A DNA stretch of 64,000 bases from Mobula hypostoma (taxonomy: Eukaryota): the NCBI RefSeq assembly GCF_963921235.1, contig NC_086097.1, positions 248,126,001 to 248,190,000 on the forward strand, given 5' to 3'. A program made the translations under genes and the position numbers. The notes beneath the pieces were generated by a model. The model was not told the DNA's origin. It worked only from the letters and a program-made list of their open reading frames with translations, and made no database searches. Numbering within the stretch: the first letter of the stretch is position 1; each line of letters begins with the position of its first letter. Of this stretch, positions 48,893-62,634 are shown in pieces.

Positions 48893-51009
48893 ATATGCAC
48901 CAGCTGCTCATACGACCATCCAACACCTGCTCCCATGGCTTCACGTGACCCTAATGGGGGTGGGGGGCTGCGCAGGTGTTACGCCTTGCCCAAAGGTGAC
49001 CTGCAGCCTGGTGGATGGAAGGTGTCGTACACTTCCTTAGGTAGAGACGTATCTCCAATCTGCCATACAATATTTATCGATAGATTTTCATACATTCTAT
49101 TATATTTCTTTATTATCCTATTGTTGACTGCAAGAAAATGAATCTCAAGCTAGCATTTGCACTTTGGTAATAAATTTACTTTGAACTTTGAAGGTAAAAC
49201 TTGAGGATGCTTAAATAGGAAACTTAATCGCTGACCTTATCCACTGCTGATCCTTCGATGAGCAGGCTTGGAGAATGGAATCTGAAATTGTCCCCTTTGG
49301 CAGGGAGAATTGAAAAGAGCATGGTATGTAAACAGTGAAAAATGGGAAGTGCTCAAATGTAGAGAGAGTTAGGTATCCCAGCTCACGATTCATGAAGAGC
49401 TGCTTCACAGTAATCAGAAAAGCCAATGGAATGAGAATGTGAATAAAGGGGGAAAGTTTGAAGAGTTGGTTGTGAGGAGCACTGGTGAGAGCAGACTTGT
49501 GGTGTAATGTATGCAACAGTAATCTCCCTATTTAAGGAAAAATGTTGGAAATGATTCAGAGAAGTTTTTCTATAGTATTTTCTTCTCTTCTCCTCACCTG
49601 CCCCTCCACCTTCCCATTCTCCTATTTTCCACTATCCTCTCCTATCATGAAGATTCCTTCTTCTGCATCCCTTTATCTCTTCCATCTATCACCTCCCAGC
49701 TTCTTACTTTCCACCCTCACCTATCTCACCTCTCACTTGCCAGCTTGTACTCCTCCACCTCCCCCTCCTTCTTATTCTGGCTTCACCCTCCCCCACCGCC
49801 CCTCCCCCCAATGCCTCCCTTTCCAGTCCTGATGGAGGATCTTCATTGCGGCCCTAAACGCTGGTGGCTTAATGGGCGGTAAGTAAGTAAGTTCTTTCCG
49901 GATTGAGGCCCTTCACCAGGTTTGGAAAAGAAGATGTTCAGAGCTTCCTTCATTATGTCAGTAGCTTGCTTGTTTTCACTACTGTCAGTCAAGTAAGTCC
50001 CAGATGGAGACTCAGGAATACCATCCCACTCAGATGTAGAAGGATTCTTCATTGTTGTTTCAATTGCAGTTTTGTTTTACTAGTCAGGGTTGTTAGCCCT
50101 GAGCTGAACCCCTGAACTTGGAGGACCAGAGGACCACTTTTAGTCTGGCCTCTACCCTTTGACCTATTTGGCATGGGTGACCCTACTACAAGCCAAAGCC
50201 CTGACTCCAGCCAACATAGATCTCCAGGTTATAGAGACACACAATCCTCCAAACCACAACAAGGTTGTGGTCCTCTTGAAGGTCAATGGTCCAGTCCAAA
50301 TCATCAACTGTTTATTGCCCTCCATAGATGCTGCCTAACCTCCTGAGTTTCTCAAGTATATTGTATTTGTTCCTCTGGATTTCCGGCATCTGCAGAATCT
50401 CTTGTGTTTAGTGAGTACACTGATTTACCAGATCATCATCTTTATCATTATGTGCCATGTTGTATGATGTGGGCAATCACAGCCCATGACCAAGAGTGGT
50501 TAGCCATTGCCTTCTTCAGGGCAGTGTCTTTACAAGAAGGGTGACCCCAGCCACTATCAATACTCTTCAGAGATTGTCTGCCTGGTGTCAGTGGTCACAT
50601 AACCAGGACTTGTGATATGGAACGGCTGCTCAAACAACCATCCACCACCGGCTCCTGTGACATTTCCTTCTATCTTCCAACTATCAGGCTCTTGAACTGG
50701 CGTGGATAACTTCATTGACCACAACATTGAACTGATCACTGATCACAGCCTATGGACTCACATCAAGGATGCTACAACTCATGTTCTCAGTATTATTTAT
50801 TTATTATTTTTTGTATTTTCACAGTTTAATTTCTTTTGTTCACTGGTTGCTTATCAATCTTTGTGTGTAATTTTTCACTGATTCTATTGTATTTTTTGTT
50901 TCTACTGTGAATGCCTGCAAGAAAATGAATCTCATGGTATATTGTGACATATACCTACTTAGATAATGTTTGAGATATCAGAAGACCAGAAGACACAAGA
51001 GCAGAATAC

Positions 51010-51367
51010 ATCCTAGGATGTCTAGGACACATTATCAGTGATGTAACCTGGGGCCATTGGGTGTCCTGGGTCTTTCAACATCAGAAATCTCCACCCAGGT
51101 GACCCAGCCAGAGTTGATCAGGCCATGGCTTGTGTCCCAGCAGCACTGATCATCCATGGGTCACACCTCTTGATCCATAGCCATCTGGAGGCTTGCTCAG
51201 TGCCCTCTGTGGTGGTCCTGATGGCTTTTCTCTTTGCAGCCCCCATAATGCCAAGGAGAGAGTAGGTTCTGCAGAATGAGCAGCCAGTAAACCCTCTACA
51301 CCCCACCTCTGTAGACGTGCATCATGCCCTCCACCCGTCCCTGGCTCTGCACTACCAACTCCTGGTA
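51010..51367 (-). mobile_element. HERO-like restriction-endonuclease (RLE) non-LTR retrotransposon 3' end
   Basis: EVGCRGFTGCSFCRTYSLLGIMGAAKRKAIRTTTEGTEQASRWLWIKR resembles the C-terminus of Hero-clade elements; 3'UTR tgatcaactctggctgggtcacctgggtg. Confidence 0.65.
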
Positions 51368-51481
51368 ATAAATTTAACTTCAAAGCTCAAAAGTTCAAAG
51401 TACATTTATTGTCAAAGTATTTGTACTTTGCACATCCTTGGGATTCATCTCCTTACAGGCTGCCATGAAACAAAGAACCCC

Positions 51482-52292
51482 AATGAGACTAAGGAGCTAA
51501 TTATCAACTTTGGAAAGTCACGGGATGATGAGTATGCTCCAGTCTACATTAATGGAGACATAGTGGAGAGAGTGTCCAGTTTCAGGTTTCTGGGAATACA
51601 CATCTCAGAAGACCTTACGTGGTCCACTAACACCACAACAATAGTTAAGAGAGCACAGCAACGCTTGTTTTTCCTCAGGACGCTGAAGAAAGCTGGTCTA
51701 CCTGAACAGATGCTGCTGACCTTTTACCGCTGCACCATAGAGAGCATCTTAACATACTGCATCTCTGTGTGGTATCTCAGTTGTACAGTAGCTGATAGGA
51801 AAGCACTTCAGCGGGTCGTCTCTAGTGCACAGAAGATCATCGGGACACAGCTCCCAGCCCTGGAGGACACCTACAGCTCTCCTGCCCAAGGAAAGCTACA
51901 AGCATCTGTAAGGACAATACACACCCATGCAATCATCTGTTTGAACTTCTTCCATCCGGCAGACATTATAAGATTTTCTATGCCCACACTTCCAGACTGA
52001 AAAATAGCTTTTTCCCCAGAGCTATAATTGTTCTGAACCAATTGATCAAGCATCATCCATAAATTTGTTATATTGCTACTTTAATACTGGTTTTATGGCT
52101 GTCATGCATCTGAGTCGTGCTTTTGTACAGCTGGACATTGCTTGTACTGGCTGGTTACTTGATTTTATTTATTGTTTATTTATTTTATTTGTCGTTTTAT
52201 AGCATTGAGTATGAGAGTTGCAAACTCATTTTCGCTGTATTGGTGCATGACAAATTGTACTATGCAGTGACAATAAAGATATTTCATTTCAT
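51482..52292 (+). mobile_element. Rex1/Babar LINE 3' part
   Basis: TKELIINF...VERVSSFRFLGIHISEDLTWS...KRAQQRLFFLRTLKK...FYRCTIESILTYCI; (ATTTC)n tail. Confidence 0.9.
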
Positions 52293-52448
52293 TTAAAAAC
52301 AAAAGAAGACCATCAAACACCCAATGTGCAGTGAGGGAAAAAAAGAACAAATCATGCAACAATAAAGCAAGCAAATTTACTTTGAACTTTGATATTTTCA
52401 ACAAAAAAGGACTGTAGGGGATGAGTCTTTCTAAATTTTTTTTTACTG

Positions 52449-53329
52449 TGTTACATGCTCAAGGAGATGTGTTTTTTTTGTGAGAATGATGTAATGGTCT
52501 CTTGGAGGTCACCTGATGTGCTTTTCCCACCAATGTGAAGTCACGTGATGACATGTGCACCATGGCTATATAAGGGTCAACCCAGATGACGAGGTAGGTT
52601 TTTAGTTTGTAGATTTCCAGGTAGAACGTGCTGTATCTCCGTTTCTGTTGCGTGTTTGTTTTTGTGACGCAGTTTCATTTTTAAAACGGTTTTGCGTTCT
52701 ATTGCGAGATACCATATTATTGGACTGGAAATTTTTGCTAGATGTGTTGATTTACTCAATTCCAACAGTAGAAGGGAGAGTGAAGACTTTATCGAAGTAC
52801 AGGACTAAAGGATCGAGAGAAGTCGGCATCGTTTGGCAGTTTAATAAAGGATCGACCTTATTGAGTCTTCGTTGGAGGAGTAGTTACCTGCATCGAAGAT
52901 AACTCTTGCCAAAAAGAGCAAGGAGTTCATGCAATGGTTTTCTCTCTCTCTAAAAGAATTTAAGGTCAGTTGTTTTAAACTGTTTATTTTCGGCATCGTG
53001 AAACCTGTGGACAGAACCAGCAGGAAAGTTGTGAAGAAATCCTTCTCCAGAGAAGTCTCTCCCAATTGAACATGTAAATCTGTTGGACTTTTGAATTTAT
53101 CATTTTAAGAACTATATCTGACTTTATTGCTTTAAGAACTGTTTTCGCATTGAACTCTTTAAGAAACCAGTGCTGAGTGACGATTTGTTTGAATGGCTGC
53201 ATACCAGTTAACTTCCAGTTAAAGTTTTTGTTTGTTTTTTTCCTTATCGTTTGTCCGTGTTTAATAAATGTTTGGTTGTTTTTATATACCCTGTCTCGAT
53301 TGATATTCATTGTTGCCATTTACGTAACA
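52449..53329 (+). mobile_element. Solo LTR (881 bp), Gypsy-like
   Basis: TGTTAC...GTAACA inverted termini, 4-bp TSD actg (52445-52448, 53330-53333), TATATAA at 52567-52573, AATAAA at 53263-53268. Confidence 0.85.
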
Positions 53330-53829
53330 ACTGTGATCAATATCTTTATTGTAATTGATGAATATGGGCATGTTGATAATGGAATGGGGAGAGAGAATGC
53401 CACCTTTGTTCCTGAACTTGACAAAGCACAGTTTAAGAAGCATCAAGATGTTGGGAAGTTTCAGGAGGAGAAGGAAACAGAGGTGGCACTTATTGCTCAA
53501 AGAGTTTACTTACTTAAACTTCTTAACATATTTTGTTAATGTTTCAGGTTGTGAAGTGTTTAAATTATTTTAATTTTTCACGTAAAGTCTAATTTTCAAG
53601 ATTTGGTGGGGGTTCTTTTCTTTGAACAACTTCCATGTTTTTCTTTGTTTCATGGCTGTCTGGAAAAGATGATTCTCAGAGTTGTATACTGCATCCATAC
53701 CTCAATAATGAATGTACTTTGAACCTTGAATTATGATTTTTAAAACAATATTTTTATAACTGTATTTCAACATTCTTGGTTTCTTTTGTAATGCTATGTA
53801 TTTTATTTTATATATTTAAATACATTATT

Positions 53830-53901
53830 CTGAGACGGGGTCCATTGGCTTCACCAGACTGACATAGGAGGTCATGGCATAAAGAAGGTTAAGAAACCCT
53901 G
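53830..53901. mobile_element. hAT-type MITE end
   Basis: ggtcatggcataaagaaggttaagaaaccctg resembles Charlie/hAT MITE termini; the other end was not found. Confidence 0.4.
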
Positions 53902-54849
53902 ATTTAAAGCAACTCAGTTATTTTTAACGGCTTGAATGTGTTTTTGCATGCTGCTGAGTGTCAGGAACATTTAGGAACTTTAAAATCCCTGACAGATTTG
54001 ACAGCTGTCTGAACTTGCAGTAACTCACTACTGCCAATTTTTCTAGGAGCTGAGAATCAGAATTCAGAGCAGTTCAAAAAAATCATTGATTTTTCAATGG
54101 TCTTAATTTGGCAGGACAATTGTAAATATGATTTCCTGATTCATTTTGTTCCGGAAAGCGCACTAGGGCTATTAAGACAAAAACTTCAAACCATTTCTTC
54201 CTCCAGGCAGTCAATCTGATCAAACATTCTAGTTAGCCCCCCGCCCCCATGACCCCCTCTATTTATCAACTCAGTTATGCACTGCGTGGTGAGGTGGAGA
54301 TACATCTCTACCAAATAAGGTGAAAGGCATTCCTTTTCCTCCACTAGCCTGCAGATCACCCTTGGGCAAGGTGCAACACTTGCTTAGCCCCCGATCAAGG
54401 TCACGTGAAGCAATGGGAGCAGGTGGTGGGTGGTCGTATGAGCAGCTGATGCATATGACAAGTCTTGGTTATGATGCCAGGCAGACAATCTCTGAAGAGT
54501 ATTGTAAAGACACTGGAGAGAAGAAGGCAATGGAAAACCACTCCTGTAGAAAAAATTGCAAAGACCACGAGACCCTAAGGCCATAAAGGATAAGGCCATT
54601 AGGCCATTTGGCCCATCAAGTCTGCCCCACCCTTTCATCATGGCCGATCCATTTGCCTCTCCGCTCAATCTTCAGGACCATGATTGCCCACATCATATAA
54701 CATGGCACATAGTGACTAACTGACTGTCTGCACTTTAAACCACTTCGTATAAATCTGTTTACATTGTAAGCATATGTTGGTACCTATGTACACTTTATTC
54801 CATATCTGTACTTTAACCTGATTTTATTATTTTTTTTATATATTCCATT

Positions 54850-57345
54850 GGCATGTCGCAAAGGTAATGCTACAGTTGTTATGGGGGATTTCAACATGCA
54901 GGTAGACTGGGAAAATCAGGTTGGTACTGGACCCCAAGAAAGGGAGTTTGTGGAGTGCCTCCGAGATGGATTCTTAGAGCAGCTTGTACTGGAGCCTAGC
55001 AGGGAGAAGGCAATTCTGGATTTAGTGTTGTGTAATGGACCGGATTTGATAAGGGAACTTGAGGTAAAGGAGCCATTAGGAGGTATTGACTATAATACGA
55101 TGTTTTAATCTACAGTTTGAGAGGGAGAAGGGAAAATCGGAAGTGTCAGTATTACAGTTGAACAAAGGGGACTATGGAGCCATGAGGGAGGAGCTGGCCA
55201 AAGTTGACTGGAAAGATACCCTAACAGGGATGACAGTGGCAGGTATTTCTGGGAATAACACAGAAGGTGCAAGATCAGTTCATTCCAAAGAGGAAGAAAG
55301 ATTCTAAGGGGAGTAAGGGGTGACCATGGCTGACAAGGGAAATCAAGGACAGTATAAAAATAAAAGAGAAGAAGTATGACATAGCAAAGATGAGCGAGAA
55401 ACCAGAGGATTGGGAAACTTTTAAAGAGCAACAGAAAATAACTAAAAAGGCAATACGGGGGGAAAAGATGAGGTACGAAGGTAAGCTAGCTAAGAATATA
55501 AAGGAGGATAGTAAAAGCTTCTTTAGGTATGTGAAGAGTTAAAAATTAGTTAAGACCAAAGTTGGGCCCTTGAAGACAGAAACAGATGAATTTATTATGG
55601 GGAACAAAGAAATGGCAGATGAGTTGAACAGGTACTTTGCATCTGTCTTCACAATCTCCCAGATGTAATAGTGGCCGGAGGACCTAGGGTAACGGAGGAA
55701 CTGAAAGAGATTCACATTAGGCAGAAAATGGTGTTGGATAGACTGATGGGACTGAAGGCTGATAAATTCCCAGGGTCTGATGGTCTGCATCCCAGAGTAC
55801 TTAAGGAGGTGGATCTAGAAATCGTGGACGCATTGGTAATCATTTTCCAATGTTCTATAGATTCAGGATCAGTTCCTGTGGATTGCAGGGTAGCTAATAT
55901 TATCCCACTTTTTAAGAAAGGATGGAGAGAGAAAACAGGGAATTATAGACCAGTTAGCCTGACATCAGTGGTGGGAAGATGCTGGAGTCAATTATAAAAG
56001 ATGAAATAGTGGCACATTTGGATAGCAGTAACAGGATAGGTTCAAGTCAGCATGAATTTATGAAGGGGAAATCATGCTTGACTAATCTTTTGGAATTTTT
56101 TGAGGATGTAACTATGAAAATGGACAAGGGAGAGCCAGTGGATATAGTGTACCTGGACTTCCAGAAAGCCTTTGATAAGGTCCCACATAGGAGATTAGTG
56201 GCCACAATTGAAGCACATGGTATTGGGGGTAGGGTACAGATATGGATAGAAAATTGGTTGGCAGACAGGAAACAAAGAGTAGGGATTAACGGGTCCCTTT
56301 CAGAATGGCAGGCAGTGACTAATGGGGTACCGCAAGGCTCGGTGCTGGGACCACAGCTGTTTACAATATGCATTAATGATTTAGATGAAGGGATTAAAAG
56401 TAACATTAGCAAATTTGCGGATGACACAGAGCTGGGTGGCAGTGTGAATTGAAAGGAGGATGTTATGAGAATGCCGGGTGACTTGGGCAGGTTGGGTGAG
56501 TGGGCAGATGCATGGCAGATGCAGTTTAATGTGGATAAGTGTGAGGTTTTCCACTTTGGTGGCAAGAACAGGAAGGCAGACTACTATCTGAATGGTGTCA
56601 AGTTAGGAAAAGGGGAAGTACAACGAGATCTGGGTGTCCTTGTTCATCAGTCACTGAAAGTAAGCATGCAGGTACAGCAGGCAGTGAAGAAAGCTAATGG
56701 CATGCTGGCCTTCATAACAAGGGGAATTGAGTATAGGAGCAAAGAGGTCCTTCTGCAGTTGTACAGGGCCCTGGAAGACCACACCTGGAGTATTGTGTGC
56801 AGTTTTGGTCTCCAAATTTGAGGAAAGACATTCTAGCTATTAAGGGAGTGCAGTGTAGGTTCACGAGGTTAATTCCAGGGATGGCGGGACTGTCATATGT
56901 TGAAAGGTTGGAGCGTCTGGGCTTGTATACACTGGAGTTTAGAAGGATGAGAGGGGATCTGATTGAAACATATAAGATTATTAAGGGATTGGACACACTA
57001 GAGGGAGGAAACATGTTCTCGATGTTGGGGGAGTCCAGAACCAGAGGCCACAATTTGAGAATAAGGGGTAGGCCACTTAGAACGGCGTTGAGGAAAAACT
57101 TTTTCACCCAGAGAGTTGTGGATCTGTGGAATGCTCTGCCTCAGAAGGCAGTGGAAGCTAATCCTCTGGATGCTTTCAAGAAAGAGTTGATAGAGTTCTT
57201 AAAGATAGTGGAGTCAAGGGATATGGGGAGAAGGCAGGAATGGGGTACTGATTGTGGATGATCAGCCATGATCACAGTGAATGGTGGTGCTGGCTCGAAG
57301 GGCCAAATGGCCTACTCCTGCACCTGCTGTCTATTGTCTATTGTA
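54850..57345 (+). mobile_element. CR1 LINE ORF2, nearly complete but frameshifted
   Basis: [58 protein letters not shown]; (TCTATTG)n tail. Confidence 0.93.
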
Positions 57346-58089
57346 TAATACTTTATTCTTTATAGCTATTGAATCGTGTTGTTCTATACATAATTCTTTA
57401 TTCTGATAAATGTTTTAGGCAGTTTGTTGTTGCAAGTCCTGCCCTGACCACAGCAAATTCGTAATAAATTTATGGCAAATAAATTTGATCCTTGATCCTT
57501 GCTTGTAGATCCTTGGTTCATTAACAATAATCCCAGAGCAAATCAAAACACATTTAAATGGAGCTTTCTGTACCCTGGCTTTCCACTTAATGGCCATCCT
57601 CGAAGGCTTCCTGTTACATCCCTCCTTTGAAAGTAATTTTCCCCCATCACATTTGCTGCAACTCTTGGTTTAGAACTTCTTAGGAGGGCTAGAGCAGGAA
57701 AAGCTTATGCCCAGAAGGCTCAGCTCATTTTTGTACGCAATATTTCCATAATTAAATGTCTGAGCTTGTATTTGAATGTGAAAGCTAGGGTTTTGCTCTC
57801 TGGAAAGAAGATGCTAAGAGGTAACTTGATAGAGGTGTACAAGATGATAAGAGGCATAGATAGAGAGGACAATCAGAGACTTTTTTGGTGGGATGGAAAT
57901 ACCTAATACGAGGGGGCATAACTTTAAAGTAATTGGAGCTGGAAAGGGAATGTCAAAGATGTTTTTTTACACAGAGTTTGGTGGATGCATGGAACACTTT
58001 GCAGGGGTGGGGGTGGTGGTAGAGGCAAATACATTAAGGATATTGAAGAAACTCTTAGATAGGCACATAGATGATAGATAAATATACTA

Positions 58090-58612
58090 TAAGACCATAA
58101 GACATAGCAGAAGAATTAGGTTATTCAGCCAATTGAGTCTGCTATGCCATTTCATCATAGCTTTTTAATTATCCCTCTGAACCCCACTCTCCTGCCTTAT
58201 CTCCATAACTTTTAGCACTGTTACTAATCAAGAACCTCTCAACTTCCACTTTAAATATACCCAATTACTTAGCCTCAACAGGTGTATGCGGCAATGAATT
58301 CCACAGATTTACCATCCTCTGGCTGAGAAAATTCTTCCTCATCTCTGTTCCAAAGAGATATCCTTGTAGCCTGAGGTTGTGCCCTCTGGTCCTAAGACTC
58401 CCCCACTATAGGAACCATCTTCTCCACATCCACTCTATCTGAACCTTTCAGTATTCAAAATGTTTAAGTCATATCTCCACTTAGTCTTCTACACTCCAGT
58501 GAGTGCAGACCCAGAGCCATCAAGTGCTTCTCATACATTAACCCTTTCATTCCTGGAATCATTCTCGTATGCCAATGCCAGCTCATCCTCTCTTACATAA
58601 TGGAGCCAAAAT
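58090..58612 (-). mobile_element. CR1 3' end
   Basis: Complement of the NFLSQRMVNLWNSLP region and a tcttatggtctta tail. Confidence 0.8.
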
Positions 58613-61330
58613 TTACCAATCCTCCGGCACCATCCCCATTTCTAATGACATTTGAAACATTCCTGTCAGAGCCCCTGCTATTTCCACACTAACTTCCCTC
58701 AAGGTCCGAGGGAATATCCTGTCAGGACCCAGAGACTTATCCACTTTTATATTCCTTAGAAGCGCCAGTACTCCCTCATCTTTAACCATCATAGTTTCCA
58801 TAACTTCCCTACCTGTTTCCCTTACCTGACACAATTCAATAACCTTCTCCTCAGTGAATACCGAAGAAAAGAAATTGTTCAGAATCTCCCCCATCTCTTT
58901 TGGCTCCACACATAGCTGTTCACTCTGATTCTCTAAGGGACCAATTTTATCCCTCACTAGCCTTTTGCTATTAATATAACTGTAGAAACGCTTTGGATTT
59001 ATTTTCACCTTAATTGCCAAAGCAACCTCATATCTTCCTTTAGCCTTTCTAATTACTTTCTTAAGATTCTTTTTACATTCTTTATATTCCTCGAGCACCT
59101 CATTTACTCCAAGCCGCCTATATTTATTGTAGATCTCTCTCTTTTTCCAAACCAAGTTTCCAATATCCCTTGAAAACCATGGTTCCCTCAAACTTTTAAC
59201 CTTTCCTTTCAACCTAAGAGGAACATAAAGATTCTGTACCCTCAAAATTTCACCTTTAAATGACCTCCATTTCTCTATTACATCCTTCCCATAAAACAAA
59301 TTGTCGCAATCCACTCCTTCTAAATCCTTTTGCATCTCCTTAAAGTTAGCCTTTCTCCAATCAAAAATCTCAACCCTGTGTCCAGACCTATCCTTCTCCA
59401 TAATTATATTGTGATCACTGGATCCAAAGTGCTCCCCAACACATACCTCCGTCACCTGCCCTATCTCATTCCCTAACAGGAGATCCAACACTACCCCTTC
59501 TCTAGTTAGTTCCTCTATGTATTGCTGCAAAAAACTATCCTGCACACATTTTACAAACTCCAAACCATCCAGCCCTTTTACAGTATGGGCTTCCCAGTCT
59601 ATGTGTGGAAAATTAAAATTTCCCACAATCACAACCTTGTGCTTACTACAAATATTTACTATCTCCTTACAAGTTTGCTCCTCCAATTTTCACTCCCCAT
59701 TAGGTGGTCTATAATACACCCTTATAAGTGTCACTACACCTTTTCCATTCCTTAATTCCACCCAAACAGCCCCCTAGATGAGCCCTCTAATCTATCCTGC
59801 CAGAGTACCGCTGTAATATTTTCTCTGACAAACAATGCAACACCTCCCCCTCTTGTCCCTCCGATTCTATCACAGCTGAAGCAACGAAATCCAGGAATAT
59901 ATAGTTGCCAATCACACCCCTCCTGCAACCATGTTTCACTAATAGCTGCAACATCATACTTCCAGGTATCAATCCATGCTCTAAGCTCATCCACCTTTCT
60001 TACAATGCTCCTAGCATTAAAATAAATGCATTTAAGAAATTTTCCACCTCTTACTCTCTGTTTATCACTATCAGTGCAAACAACTTTACTATCTCCTTTT
60101 TCTTCCTTCTCCCCTACATCTGTTCCTACACTCTGGTTCCCCTCCGCCCCTTGTATCTAGTTTAAATCCACTGGATCCTCTCTAGCAAACCTACCTACAG
60201 GAATATTTTCCCCCCTCCAGTTCAGATGTAGACCGTCCTGCCAGAACAGGTCCCACCTTCCCTGGAAAACTGCCCAATTATTTACAAATCTGAAGCCCTC
60301 CCTCCTGCACCATGTCTTCAGCCGCATGTTGATCTGCGTTATCTTACTATTTCTAAACCCGCCTGCACGTGGCACTGGGAGCAATCCTGAGATTGCTATC
60401 CTAAGGTCCTGTCCTTTAACTTGGCGCCTAACTCCCTAAACTCACCTTTCAGGACCTCCTCACTTTTCCTACCCACGTCATTGGTCCCTACATGGACCAC
60501 GACATCTGGCTGCTCACCCTCCCTCTTGAGAATACTTAGAACTCGATCCGAGATATCACGGACCTTGGCACCAGGGAGGCAACAGACCATCCTGGGTTCT
60601 CGATCTCTCCCACAGAACCTCTTATCTGTCCCCCTAAGTATCAAATCCCCTATCACTACTGCTCTCCTCTTTTCCCTCCTTCCCTTCTGAGCTGAGGGTC
60701 CAGTCTCGGTGCCAGAGACGCGACCACTGCAACTTGTCCCTGGTAGGTCGTCCCCATCAACAGTATCCAAAATGATATACTTATTATTGGTGGGAACGGC
60801 CACAGGCGTGCTTTGCTCATTCTGTCTATTCCCCTTCCCTCTCTTGACAGTCACCCAGCTACCTGTTTCCTGACTCTTAGGGGTGACTATCTCCCTGTAA
60901 CTCCTCTCTATTTCTGCCTCTGCCTCCCGAATCATCCAAAGTTCATTCAGCTCCAGTTCTAGTTCCCTAACTCGGTTTGTCAGGAGCTGCAGCAGGATGC
61001 AGCTTTTACAGGTGAAGCCATCAGGGACGATTGTGCTTGCCCTGACTTCCCACATACTGCAAACGGAGCACTCAACTGCCCTAACTGCTGCCTCCATTAC
61101 CTACTCTTAAGTTAATTAGATTTATTAAAGGAACTTAACCGGCCTTACCTCACTGGGAGCAGGCTCGTCCTCAGCCTCTACTCACTGAAGCCTCAGGAGC
61201 CAAAGCCTTCCTACTCTGTCTCCCACTACTCCGTTGCCCGCTCCATTAATCTGCTTGCTTTTTAACTCTCCTACTGCCTTATGGTCCGACTTTCACGCAC
61301 TTGCGCAGTCGTGCCCCGTTCAACCGCCAA
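58613..61330 (-). mobile_element. CR1 5' half: 5'UTR, ORF1 (Cys zinc finger, leucine zipper, SGNH esterase-like) and ORF2 endonuclease
   Basis: ORF1 61097-60157 (CSVC...CKSC, LELELNEL, VVIGDLI, VHVGTND, DGLHLN) with one frameshift; ORF2 ISETW, GNFNFP, LDLLLGN, SDHN. Stops just before the RT. Confidence 0.9.
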
Positions 61331-61499
61331 AATATGTAAAAATCGGATTGTTACGAGAATTTTACCACATTATTCATTTGAAATTCCCAAAGAAATCTCT
61401 AGTCCTTTGGAAGTAGCTTCTTGCTTTTATGGAATTAGGCAGAAATATTAAATTAACAGGTGCCTAAAGGAGATCCTCTTTGAAAGTTTGTTTATCAAT

Positions 61500-61793
61500 A
61501 TATCTATCTGTTTATAGAGATATAGTTCAGAACAGTGCCTTCTGGCCCAACAAGCCACTCCACCCAGCAGCCCACCTATTTAACGCTAGCCTAATCACAG
61601 GACAATTTACAATGAGCTACTAACCAGTACGTCTTTGGATAGTGGGAGGAAATTGGAGCACCCAGAGGAAACCCACGCAGTCATAGGGGGAATGTGCAAA
61701 CTCCTTACAGACGGCACTGGAATTGAACTCTGAACTCTGGAACACCCCGAACTGTAATAGCATCACGGTGACTGCCAGGCTGCCGTGGTGCCC
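61500..61793 (-). mobile_element. HE1/V-type tRNA SINE
   Basis: The - strand has a tRNA-like head with gagttcaattcc, then taaggagtttgcacattccccc...gtgggtttcctctgggtgctcc and a LINE-like tail. Confidence 0.8.
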
Positions 61794-62634
61794 TAAGTAA
61801 ATGGTCAAATTATTGAGCAAAAATGGAGGGATATATACTAAGCCATAACCTAAAAACAAGGGTGCTGATCTAAGGGTTACTTGGAGCATTGTGAGCAGAT
61901 TTGGGCACCTTATTTTAGAAAAGACGTGCTGACATTAAGAAGGATCCAGAGGAGATTCGCAAGACTGATCCAGCCAATGACTGGGTTGATGTATGAGTAA
62001 TGTTTGATGGCTCCGGTGAGGTTGATAAATTCTTAATTTATAAAGGGAACAAAGGTAACAGGAAGAAGGCAGGGGAATGGGATTGGAAGGAACAATAAAT
62101 CAGCCATGATCGAATGGCAGGGCAGACTTGGTGGACCAAATGGCCTAACTCTGCTCCTATCTCTTATGGTCTTATGGTTCGTATCCCATTTACACCTACA
62201 AAAGGATTCATTTAATTTCATACTTGTGTATTTGGATGGGAATTAGAGTTATAAGGTTGAAGAAAATGCAAGCATCTCTACAAAGGATCACAAATACATT
62301 TTTGTTTCCATTTAGCAATAAGCACAAAAATAATCTACATAATATTAACCCCAGATACTCATTTTTTTGTCTTAAATACAGTGCCTCAGGTTGAATACTG
62401 AAAAGATTTTATGCTGTGGCCAATTAGTCATGGTCCCCCACTGTCCAAGATCAATTTATAAATAGCAGTGCTGCACAACTATAAATAGGTACACTCCAAA
62501 GGGAAATAAAGGAAAGAATATTAAAAATAGATGAATGGCTTGTATGCATAATAGATGAGGGAGAATGAAGTCAATTGTTTACATGGATATATCTGCTTGT
62601 TTTTATAGTCCACTTGAATAGGCGTGAGGAGGTT

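Noticed and set aside
53177..53573. ORFs resembling a membrane protein exon
   Set aside because: They begin inside the solo LTR, have no recognisable domain and lack convincing splice sites.
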